NCBI GenBank assembly: GCA_963668315.1
Contig: OY764216.1
Span: 3,872,001-3,936,000 of the forward strand
Direction of reading: 5' to 3'
DNA: 64,000 nt
Origin: Spirochaetia bacterium
GTDB lineage: Bacteria; Spirochaetota; Spirochaetia; DSM-2461
Part shown: piece after piece, positions 24,245 to 32,537 of the stretch
Layout of the letters: each line of letters opens with the position of its first letter
How positions within the stretch are numbered: position 1 is the first letter of the stretch
Position numbers and translations under genes: made by a program
The notes under the pieces: generated by a model
Databases searched by the model: none
What the model was told of the DNA's origin: nothing
Seen by the model: the letters and a program-made list of their open reading frames with translations, nothing else

Positions 24245-24618
24245 GGGGGTGCACTGGTTTCGACTGGAGGATGACCGGGATTTGAGTGGCAGGTGGAGTG
24301 TCTCTCCTAAAAAGACAACTTATAATTGCCAAGAAAGAAGATGATGTTGTTATCGCTTTCGATAACAACGAAGCTTTCGCTTTAGCAGCGTAACTTGCTG
24401 CTGGGTAACGGATCAGGTGCCCTCCCTGAACCGCTTACCTTAACAACCCGGGGGCTCGCTCGTTAGGATTGTTTGTTAACTATCGGGGACTTTAAACGAA
24501 CTAGGCTGGAGAAGGTTGGTTTGCTTTCCCGACCCGGCCGAAACAATTAAAGTAAACTAAACCTGTAGAGGCTTTTTTTTCGCCCTTTAGGACGGGGGTT
24601 CGATTCCCCCCACCTCCA
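24245..24618 (+). ncRNA. ssrA: tmRNA (transfer-messenger RNA)
   Basis: 5' GGGGGTG pairs with 3' CACCTCC-A (G3:U alanine determinant); GGTTTCGAC; PK1 GGAG/CTCC plus TGTCT/AGACA; T-arm GGGGG-TTCGATT-CCCCC; tag ORF 24328-24393 AKKEDDVVIAFDNNEAFALAA*; CCA not encoded. Confidence 0.97.
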
Positions 24619-24626
24619 TCCCCAGC

Positions 24627-24673
24627 AGCTTTCGTAAGTCTTTGTAATGCAGAGATTTACGAAAGCTTTTTTT
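24627..24673 (+). terminator. Long-stem intrinsic terminator after ssrA
   Basis: AGCTTTCGTAAGTCTTTG-TAATG-CAGAGATTTACGAAAGCT (18 bp with G:U pairs) followed by a T run. Confidence 0.85.
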
Positions 24674-24862
24674 GCTTCTCGGTCTAGTGTAGCCAAATTG
24701 TAGTCAATTGAAAAACAATAATGAGACTTCAGAATTATCTTTATCCAAATTAAAAGCACAGAATTTTCTCCTTTATGTTATCTATAAAGAGCTGGAGTAT
24801 TAAAAATGGGAAGGGCAGGAAAAACCATACGATCTGTATAAACTTGTGCTATAATAAAGGAA

Positions 24863-25849
24863 ATGAGGATGCAAAGATTTAGATTGAAGTATTTTATCCT
24901 ATTATTCATGATTCTTCAGTTCTTGGGTTGTGATAATACTCTTGAGGTTCCAACATATACTGTAACTTATGATGGAAATAGTAATACGGGCGGAAGAGCC
25001 CCCACAGACCCCAATAGCCATGAGGCGGGAGTTACGGTAGTAGTTCTTGGGAACAACGAATCTTTGACTAAAGACAACTGTACATTTGAAGGTTGGATGA
25101 CTGCTCCTGATAAACAAGAGTCGGAGTATTCTGCTGGCGAAACGTTAACAATGCCGAATCACAATTTAACCTTATACGCATACTGGTATAATTCATCCAT
25201 TGATATCAGTACTTATAGTACGGCAGAGAAAGCTAACATCTTAGCAAATTACACCGAAGCTGAGAGAATCATCACAGATATGAGTCAATCAGAGATAGAC
25301 GCCCTAATAAGTGAATTAAATTCCCTTGCAACAGATACTACTGTAAGCGACAGCAACAGAATGCAGGCATATGCCGCCATTACTGGATTATATATACTTC
25401 CCAGTAGTGCTGATAATCTTGTTGAAGGTTTTGATAGTACGATTTCTGATTGTGCTCTTGGTGAAAACATGATTTATGAAACCAGTGATATGCTCGATTA
25501 TATTTCTTCAGCAAGTGTAAACGTGGTACTGAATCAGTTAGATGCTTTACTTCGTTCAATATCATTTATAGAAGCTTATGGAAATATTCTGGGACAGGAT
25601 GGGGGCTCTCCAATTGGGGAGAATAGGTACTTCTTATCAAGTTTGGCTTACGTTGTGGGAATAATCTCTCAGTCATCCAATACGACGGCCGAAATAGCTG
25701 CTGCCATTGTGGCTGGGACAACCAGTTCAATTGATCTTCCTACTTTATCAGAAATTATCACGGAGAGTGGAATAAGATCAATATTTGGAGATGATCTCTC
25801 GAATACAATTATGGATGGGCAACTAATGAATTTCTTTTCTTTTCTATAA
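24863..25849 (+). CDS. Lipoprotein with one InlB B-repeat (Listeria-Bacteroides repeat)-like domain
   Basis: Lipobox FLG-C; YTVTYDGN..TGG.AP..TFEGW..TLYAYW repeat. Confidence 0.75.
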   Translation: MRMQRFRLKYFILLFMILQFLGCDNTLEVPTYTVTYDGNSNTGGRAPTDPNSHEAGVTVVVLGNNESLTKDNCTFEGWMTAPDKQESEYSAGETLTMPNHNLTLYAYWYNSSIDISTYSTAEKANILANYTEAERIITDMSQSEIDALISELNSLATDTTVSDSNRMQAYAAITGLYILPSSADNLVEGFDSTISDCALGENMIYETSDMLDYISSASVNVVLNQLDALLRSISFIEAYGNILGQDGGSPIGENRYFLSSLAYVVGIISQSSNTTAEIAAAIVAGTTSSIDLPTLSEIITESGIRSIFGDDLSNTIMDGQLMNFFSFL

Positions 25850-25886
25850 GCAGGGCTTCTTTAATCATTTTCTTCCGCTGTTCCCA

Positions 25887-25922
25887 TACAATCTCAGGAT
25901 TCAAGTGAATCCTGAGATTGTA
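25887..25922. terminator. Perfect 17-bp inverted repeat, probable terminator
   Basis: TACAATCTCAGGATTCA-AG-TGAATCCTGAGATTGTA. Confidence 0.65.
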
Positions 25923-26169
25923 AAATTTTCTGTGTAAAGCTCAATTCCTAAATTATATTCGCCCTTCATATTCGATGGCGAATCTATTCATAGCAGGCTT
26001 CCAATTTCGCAATTAACAAAAAACTCTTCATCGGCAGGAGCCCCCGCCATTATGGAGAGCTTGTGAATAGAGAAGTAGAGAACATAGAAAGCAAGTCCGA
26101 TGCGGAAGACCCGGCTCTTAGAGAACAGGGGTTTCCTTTTAACGAATATTTCGGATAAGATGGATTAAG

Positions 26170-26406
26170 GTGCGACCTATGGTATATGAAAACTATAACG
26201 GATATCTGATTAAAGCATCCCCCCGAAAAACAAGAACTGGAAAGTGGGCGGTGTTAACTATCATAGAAAGAGTGATTGATGGGGTTACGAAAAGACAGAG
26301 TTTCTGTGCAGATGATAATATCCATTACATATTGGAAATTGAAGCAGCTAAAGAATGCATCAATCTGGGTAAAAACTTAATCAACCAGAATAGAGTGGGA
26401 TTTTAA
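26170..26406 (+). CDS. Small hypothetical protein
   Basis: 78-aa ORF (likely start ATG 26179), co-directional with the downstream cluster. Confidence 0.6.
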   Translation: MRPMVYENYNGYLIKASPRKTRTGKWAVLTIIERVIDGVTKRQSFCADDNIHYILEIEAAKECINLGKNLINQNRVGF

Positions 26407-26431
26407 GTAATAGTTCATAAGGAGGACAACC

Positions 26432-26974
26432 ATGAACGAAACGGAGACGAAGAGATTACTCCTAAGAAACTGGACATTAGAAGATTCTGCGGACATGTTC
26501 GAGTACGCCAAGAATGACCTGGTTGGTCCTAATGCAGGATGGCCTCAACACAAGACGGAGGAAGAGAGTAAGAAGATAATCTCCAACTTTATTAAGGATG
26601 ATGATGTTTTAGCCGTCGTTCTTAAATCAGAAAACAAGGTTATCGGCAGCATTGGTCTCCACGACAGAAAACCTGATGAGAAGATCACTTCAAATCAGAG
26701 GGAGATCGGGTATGTACTCAACCCTGAATACTGGGGAAATGGATATATACCAGAGGCAGTAAATGGGCTCCTGACCCTGGGATTCAATGATCTCGGATTG
26801 GATTTGATCTGGTGCGGTCATTTTGATGGAAATGATAATTCCAGACGGGTTATTGAGAAGTGCGGTTTCAATTACAAATTCAAAATCAATGAAATTAAGC
26901 CTTTGCTTAATGATAAAGTCGTGACAGTTCACTACTACAATATCACCCGGGAAGAGTATTTCGATATTTTTTAG
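26432..26974 (+). CDS. GNAT acetyltransferase, RimJ/RimL-like
   Basis: ETKRLLLR, EIGYVLNPEYWGNGY, NDNSRRVIEKCGF; AAGGAGG SD. Confidence 0.9.
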   Translation: MNETETKRLLLRNWTLEDSADMFEYAKNDLVGPNAGWPQHKTEEESKKIISNFIKDDDVLAVVLKSENKVIGSIGLHDRKPDEKITSNQREIGYVLNPEYWGNGYIPEAVNGLLTLGFNDLGLDLIWCGHFDGNDNSRRVIEKCGFNYKFKINEIKPLLNDKVVTVHYYNITREEYFDIF

Positions 26975-26984
26975 GGTTTACAAA

Positions 26985-27428
26985 ATGGATAGATATTGGG
27001 ATAAAAACGGTCATTATTCTCATGGAGTACTTAAGGAATATAAACACTGGATTCTTGAATTGAGTTACCGCCAGCATACCCTCGGATCTTATATCCTCTT
27101 CGCCAAAAGAGAGATTGAGAATTTTCACGAAATGACGGCAGAGGAATCGGAAGAATTGAAATATGCCATGAAGGAAATGGAAACTACTTTGGGTAGAGCC
27201 GGAGGATTTAGACCCGATAAGTTCAACTATTGGCAAATGGGCAACGGTCTATCTCGACTGCATTTTCATGGTATACCCCGGTATAAGGATGATCGGGAAT
27301 ATGCGGGAATTGTATGGAAGGATGAATCCTGGGGGTCTGTTCCGAATTGGAATTATTTAGGAGTCGATTCATCCTTGATTGAGAGAATGAGGGCTGAGTT
27401 GTTAGAAGTCTTCAACCGACCTATCTAA
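26985..27428 (+). CDS. HIT-family protein
   Basis: PDKFNYWQMGNGLSRLHFHGIPRY (variant histidine triad). Confidence 0.8.
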   Translation: MDRYWDKNGHYSHGVLKEYKHWILELSYRQHTLGSYILFAKREIENFHEMTAEESEELKYAMKEMETTLGRAGGFRPDKFNYWQMGNGLSRLHFHGIPRYKDDREYAGIVWKDESWGSVPNWNYLGVDSSLIERMRAELLEVFNRPI

Positions 27429-27443
27429 GGGAAGTAATGACAG

Positions 27444-27896
27444 ATGGAAATAAAATCCATAGATAAAAAAGAGATTCATCTTATTCAGAAGCTCTGGGAA
27501 GAACTGAATGAAGTCCACCTGAATGATTCGATTCATTTTAAGGATCATTTCAAGAAGTTCACCTTTGAAGAACGATGTAAAGCATTGGTATCTTTGGAAG
27601 ATGATCATATTCAGATCGACGTGTTATTTGACGAGAAGAATCCCGTGGGTTATTGCATCTCTGCGCTTAAAGGCAATAGCGGAGAGATAGAATCTTTATT
27701 TATCAGGAAAAAGTACCGTAAACTTGGTTTTGGAGATGTCCTCGTAAAAAAGGGAATAACCTGGCTTGAATCAAACAGCTGCGAAAGAATTGAAGTATCT
27801 GTCGCTTCAGGTCATGAATCGGTATTTGGCTTCTATGAAAAGTTTGGATTCTACCCGAGAAAGACTTCATTACGGCTCAAGAAGGAAAATAAATGA
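27444..27896 (+). CDS. GNAT acetyltransferase
   Basis: GEIESLFIRKKYRKLGFG, FYEKFGF. Confidence 0.88.
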   Translation: MEIKSIDKKEIHLIQKLWEELNEVHLNDSIHFKDHFKKFTFEERCKALVSLEDDHIQIDVLFDEKNPVGYCISALKGNSGEIESLFIRKKYRKLGFGDVLVKKGITWLESNSCERIEVSVASGHESVFGFYEKFGFYPRKTSLRLKKENK

Positions 27897-28342
27897 AAGC
27901 GAAATTTTCACACGTGAATATTATCAGTAAAGACTGGAGGAAGTTGGCAGATTTCTATATCGATGTATTTGATTGCAAACCAAAACCGCCAGAACGGAAT
28001 CTTTCAGGGAAATGGGTTGATGAACTGACCAATCTCTCTGAAACAACCATAAAGGGAATGCATCTGGTTCTCCCTGGATATGAGGAAGACGGCCCTACAC
28101 TGGAAATCTTCGAGTATAAGGAGAATATTGAAAATCGGGGAAAGGTGATCAACCGGGAGGGGTTTGGTCATATTGCTTTTGCCGTAGATGATGTTGAAGA
28201 GAAGCTGAATCTCTTACTGGCAAAGGGCGGTACCACGGTAGGGAGATTGATAGACACGGACATTGAAGGGATGGGCAAGATAACCGTCGTATATGCGAAA
28301 GACCCTGAAGGCAATATCATCGAGATTCAGAAGTGGGATTAA
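27893..28342 (+). CDS. VOC/glyoxalase-family protein
   Basis: HVNI, GFGHIAFAVDDV, KDPEGNIIEI. Confidence 0.9.
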   Translation: MKAKFSHVNIISKDWRKLADFYIDVFDCKPKPPERNLSGKWVDELTNLSETTIKGMHLVLPGYEEDGPTLEIFEYKENIENRGKVINREGFGHIAFAVDDVEEKLNLLLAKGGTTVGRLIDTDIEGMGKITVVYAKDPEGNIIEIQKWD

Positions 28343-28707
28343 GGAAACGTTTGCCCATTACATGAATGACTTTGAGAAGGCATACCCTGAAATTAATACA
28401 AAATCTGTTGGCGGATTCTGATCAGGTGATGATACATTCCATTCGTAATTCAGAACAGATTTCTTCTGATTCATCACTATTCCTAAAATGCCCTCTTTTG
28501 TTTCTATTGTCTATAATTCTTTGAATTGCCCCGGAGTAAAATAGCTGAGACAGATATCCGCCTTATCAGAAGGACGGATATAAGCAGTTTCACTTTACGA
28601 ATTCGTCCTTAAGGAAAAAAGAATGTGAACTTTATGTAATCTCTCTTTATTTTTCAGAATAATAATGTATAGTAATCGAAAAATATTTAATAAGAGATTT
28701 AAAATTA

Positions 28708-28974
28708 ATGAAAGAATGCAAGACCTGTGGCGCAAAATTCGATGTTGATATCATACTTCTCCCTGATATGGATAGGGATAGGATCAATTGTCCCTGCTGC
28801 GGAAAACCGCTCATTGAATGGAACGGCGCTTATATGTATATTGTCAGAAAAATTTCCGGTCCTACCAGGGCATTCGAAAACAAAGGACTCCTCGCGAAAT
28901 GCAATAGGATAAACGCTCAAAAGAAAGGGTTGAAACAGAAGAAATACCTACCGGATTTACTGAAAGTTATTTGA
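28708..28974 (+). CDS. Small zinc-ribbon protein
   Basis: CKTC...CPCC cysteine pairs; basic C-terminal tail. Confidence 0.55.
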   Translation: MKECKTCGAKFDVDIILLPDMDRDRINCPCCGKPLIEWNGAYMYIVRKISGPTRAFENKGLLAKCNRINAQKKGLKQKKYLPDLLKVI

Positions 28975-29014
28975 ATTATTTTCCACTTATCGTGAACCTG
29001 TGATATAATACCCG

Positions 29015-29302
29015 GTGAGGATTTGGAAAGCGATGAAAATCTACGGAGAATTCACTTATACAGACGGCAAATCAACCTTCTATAAACCTGTATTTATAGA
29101 GGATGATGAGGAATGGAAGGCATACGCAAAATTCAACAGACTGGAAAATGAGCTCGTGGAAAACTACCTGCTCCTTGATTCAGACGGGCCTGAGATAGTA
29201 AACCCGCAGAATGAAGAGATTCTTCACGAAAGAGCGGCAGCTATCGCCAGAGCATTTGAAGGAAAAGAGACCTTTCTGCTTGACCATGGGATTGCGGGAT
29301 AA
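29015..29302 (+). CDS. Hypothetical protein
   Basis: 95-aa ORF directly after a TGA-TATAAT extended -10. Confidence 0.5.
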   Translation: MRIWKAMKIYGEFTYTDGKSTFYKPVFIEDDEEWKAYAKFNRLENELVENYLLLDSDGPEIVNPQNEEILHERAAAIARAFEGKETFLLDHGIAG

Positions 29303-29484
29303 GAGGGCTCTGTTGAAATAGTTGGCAGCAGGATGTGCGGTACAATTATTCTTGAGCTGTTTACCCCTCAAACCCCATCGCCTTTTTCACGACCGACATT
29401 TCTTCTTCAGAAGTGAGCATTTTTAATAATTCAAATGCCACCCCCGGGGCTGTTTCAGGACAATAGGACGTAATAATATTCCGG

Positions 29485-30795
29485 GGTATGAGCCGTATAC
29501 ATCGTGAACAAATATCAGAGTAAATAAATTACAATTTTGGGTATGAATGTTTTATATTAGGAGAACAGACATGCCATTAATGGAGAGAACGGTTATGGAT
29601 CAGAAGAAGGAATTTATTCTGCTCTGGAGTTCCAAGCGTTATACGTTCACCGGCCTGTGTCAGGACTTCAAGATCAGTCGAACAACTGGCTATAAGTATG
29701 TAAAAAGGTTTCAGACATCAGGAATGGAGGGACTGGAGCCTCAATCTCGCGCTCCCCACCATTCCCCGAACAAAGTACCAGAAGAGATTGTTAAAAGGAT
29801 TATTGAGATCAGGAAGGAGCATTCCTCGTGGGGAGCGAAGAAGATTCGCTGGCGTTTGGACCAAGATGGAATCTATAATCGGATTCCCGCTCAATCAACC
29901 ATTTCCATTATCCTTAAGCGGAATAATCTTATTCCGGAGAGAAAGCGTCATGTACGTGTAGAGAGGCGCTATCCTAAGTTTATAGCCAATGATTGTAATG
30001 AAATCTGGAGTGCTGATTATAAGGGAGAATTCAAAACCAAGGATAATAAATATTGCTACCCTTTGACTATCTGCGATACCTTCAGTCGCTTCATCATTAA
30101 GATAAAAGGCCTCTCCCGGCCCAATTATGAGCAGTCTCAGCCAGTTTTTGAAACTGTCTTTAAAGAATATGGACTCCCTGAACAGTTGCATACCGACAAT
30201 GGTTCCCCCTTTGCCAACGTCCGTGCCCTGGGGCGTTATACGCAATTCTCAGTCTGGCTGATGGAATTAGGAATCCTTCCCGTGTTCAGTGATCCTGCTT
30301 CCCCGCAGCAAAATGGAAAACATGAAAGGATGCACCGGATATTGAAAGCAGAAGCCTGTAAAGAGCCCGGAATCAGTCTTCGAAGTCAGCAGATAAAGTT
30401 TAACAAGTTTGCCAGGGAATACAATACAGAGCGTCCTCATGAGTCTCTGGGGATGGTAACGCCTTCTTCAGTTTATGCGAAGTCCAAACGTCCTTATCCT
30501 AAGAAAATAGAGCCTTGGGTCTATCCCGCAGAATATAAGGTTAGGAATATTTGCAAGAATGGAATCATTAGGGTAGGTAAGGATGACAGCATTTTTGTGG
30601 GAACAGCTTTCAAGGAAAAACAGCTTGGTTTTGAAGATATTGGAGAAGGAATATACAGGGTCTGGTTTAGGGAATTTCTGCTTGGTTATTTAAATGAACA
30701 TGAGCTTAAAATCTATGATATACTTGAGTATGATTACATCAAAAGGGTGTAAGAGAAGTAGGTGGATATTTGAACACTATGTGATGTCCAATACA
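29485..30795 (+). mobile_element. IS481-like insertion sequence, 1311 bp
   Basis: 4-bp target duplication CCGG (29481-29484 and 30796-30799); imperfect ~31-bp terminal inverted repeats; single transposase ORF. Confidence 0.88.
29571..30752 (+). CDS. IS481-family DDE transposase
   Basis: N-terminal HTH; WSADYKG, HTDNGSPF, PQQNGKHERMHR integrase core; ATG 29571 after AGGAG. Confidence 0.92.
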   Translation: MPLMERTVMDQKKEFILLWSSKRYTFTGLCQDFKISRTTGYKYVKRFQTSGMEGLEPQSRAPHHSPNKVPEEIVKRIIEIRKEHSSWGAKKIRWRLDQDGIYNRIPAQSTISIILKRNNLIPERKRHVRVERRYPKFIANDCNEIWSADYKGEFKTKDNKYCYPLTICDTFSRFIIKIKGLSRPNYEQSQPVFETVFKEYGLPEQLHTDNGSPFANVRALGRYTQFSVWLMELGILPVFSDPASPQQNGKHERMHRILKAEACKEPGISLRSQQIKFNKFAREYNTERPHESLGMVTPSSVYAKSKRPYPKKIEPWVYPAEYKVRNICKNGIIRVGKDDSIFVGTAFKEKQLGFEDIGEGIYRVWFREFLLGYLNEHELKIYDILEYDYIKRV

Positions 30796-31421
30796 CCGGT
30801 CTCTGACTATCGGCTCATTAATAACATTCACGGCGAAATCCTTCAATTGCTTCTGTCTGTAGGCGTTTCTAAGGTGATAGGTAGTAGCCCTCCGGTTTCT
30901 TAAAACTCCGCTCTTTCCCAGGGGGAGTGCGGCCACGCAGATTGTGGCGATAATCTTTCCTTTTCCGTCAAAATCCCTGATTAATTTCAGGAATCTTTCG
31001 TCATACGCCTCTTCATAAAAACCGAATTCTTCAAATCCGCCGGGTATGGCCAGAGCGTCATATTCATCAACGTTGATTTCCCCTATTGTCTTATCCGCAA
31101 GAACCGGTACGTTAAAGGTGCTTATGACTGTATTCCTGAAGCCGCAGGTTTCAACGGATATATCATGGCCATAATCGTTTCTGGCCCAGCCCAGGACATC
31201 GACAAAAACACTGAATTCCATTGTTTCGAACCCTTTTGCAAGAAACAGTAATACTCTCTTTTTTCCCATCATTCTCTCCCCGGATTTATAGAGTGTTGCA
31301 TAAGTCCCTCATAGATCCGTAATAATGCCATTATCCGTACGGTAATGACAGAAGATACCATAGATTTTGCTATTTTGTCCCCGTCGATCGAACGGGGGAA
31401 AAAAGCACGGACTTACCTCTT

Positions 31422-31823
31422 CTATTTCAAAAAATCCCGAACGGCTTTCAGGACATCTCTTGAATTGTCATAGGTGATGATTTCAAGGGCTTCCCCATAG
31501 GTTAACCATTTGACACGTTTAATCTCGGATTTATCGATAGTACCTTCCCCTTCCCTGATGGCTTCAGCTAAAAAGAGGGTTACTTCCTTTTCTTCTCCCC
31601 ATGGCAATAGGTATCCTATGGTTTCTTCAAAGCCCTTTTGAATCAGAATATGATAATTCGTTTCTTCGAGAACTTCCCTCAATGCCGTTTCATGGGGAAG
31701 TTCGTTTTGATCGGGATGACCTTTGGGAAAATCCCAATGGAGATCATTCTGATGCTGAACCAACAGAAACTGGTACTCCTCCGACTCTCTTCGAAAAACC
31801 ACGGCACCGTAAGATTTATCCAT
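31422..31823 (-). CDS. NUDIX hydrolase (Ap4A hydrolase-like)
   Basis: SYGAVVF, WDFPKGH..E....TALREVLEET Nudix box; ATG 31823 after GAGGAG. Confidence 0.88.
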   Translation of the reverse strand: MDKSYGAVVFRRESEEYQFLLVQHQNDLHWDFPKGHPDQNELPHETALREVLEETNYHILIQKGFEETIGYLLPWGEEKEVTLFLAEAIREGEGTIDKSEIKRVKWLTYGEALEIITYDNSRDVLKAVRDFLK

Positions 31824-31834
31824 GGATGTCTCCT

Positions 31835-32335
31835 CTATTTTGTATTGCATAACATCGTTCACCCATTCCGTCAGAAATTGCCATTGTTCCCGGGTATGGA
31901 AATAGTGTTCGCCCTTCTCCATGATTGTTACCGTACAATCATGTTTTTCCCCGGAATATATCGAGCACACTCTTCTCAGTCAACCGATCATTCCCGCCGA
32001 AAAGTATGAAGGTCTTGCTGTTCCATATATCGACGGGATGGTTTCTGACATTCTGATAATAATCCCATGATAAGATTTCACCGAATGATGTTTTGATTTC
32101 CTTTTCTGCCTGTAATTTTTCATGGGTCACATCAGCCCATTTCATCCTTTCTCTCCCCATGCCCAGGCAGGTCAAAAATTCATACCTGATAACCGTAGAG
32201 TTCCAATAGGGGTGCCAGTTTTCCGGCTTCCTCCTTATATGATTGCCGGCCGTGAACATATAAGCATAATTTATCGGATTTCTCACCATACAGAATGGCT
32301 GGAATATGACTTATCAGAATTCTTTCTTTCCCCAT
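31835..32335 (-). pseudogene. Degraded alpha/beta-hydrolase
   Basis: MGKERILISHIPAILYGEKSDKLCLYVHG...YQV*IFDLPGHGERK, then a jump to MKWADVT...ILFGGNDRL, then a frameshift to MEKGEHYFHT. Confidence 0.75.
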
Positions 32336-32537
32336 CGTGTTTATTCCCTTACCCTTGAACCACGTAAAACGGATGGCTCTGAATGATTTTCATCGTTTCT
32401 TCTGTTCCCGAATACGGAATATCCCGAAATGTCTAAACGTCCGTTTAATTATAGCATAAAAAAATAGGGATATGTCAATTTTATCCTGCCGATCAGATCC
32501 ATACCGTCTGACGAATTCATGCGATCCTGTCCGGTAA

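Larger units (their letters stand above)
29361..31272 (-). pseudogene. DJ-1/PfpI-family protein interrupted by an IS
   Basis: 5' part 31272-30796 (GFETME, IPGG, ICVA, ...IVRDR) continues in frame at 29480-29361 (NIITSYCPETAPGVAFELL...GFEG*) once the IS is removed. Confidence 0.9.

Noticed and set aside
24547..24759. 70-aa minus-strand ORF
   Set aside because: Antisense shadow of the tmRNA 3' end and terminator
28540..28600. TPP riboswitch (GCTGAGA)
   Set aside because: No downstream CCTGAT/TAAT..GCG.AGG elements
31824..31970. Real N-terminal extension of NUDIX
   Set aside because: It is the C-terminal remnant of the upstream hydrolase pseudogene; NUDIX has its own SD and ATG at 31823
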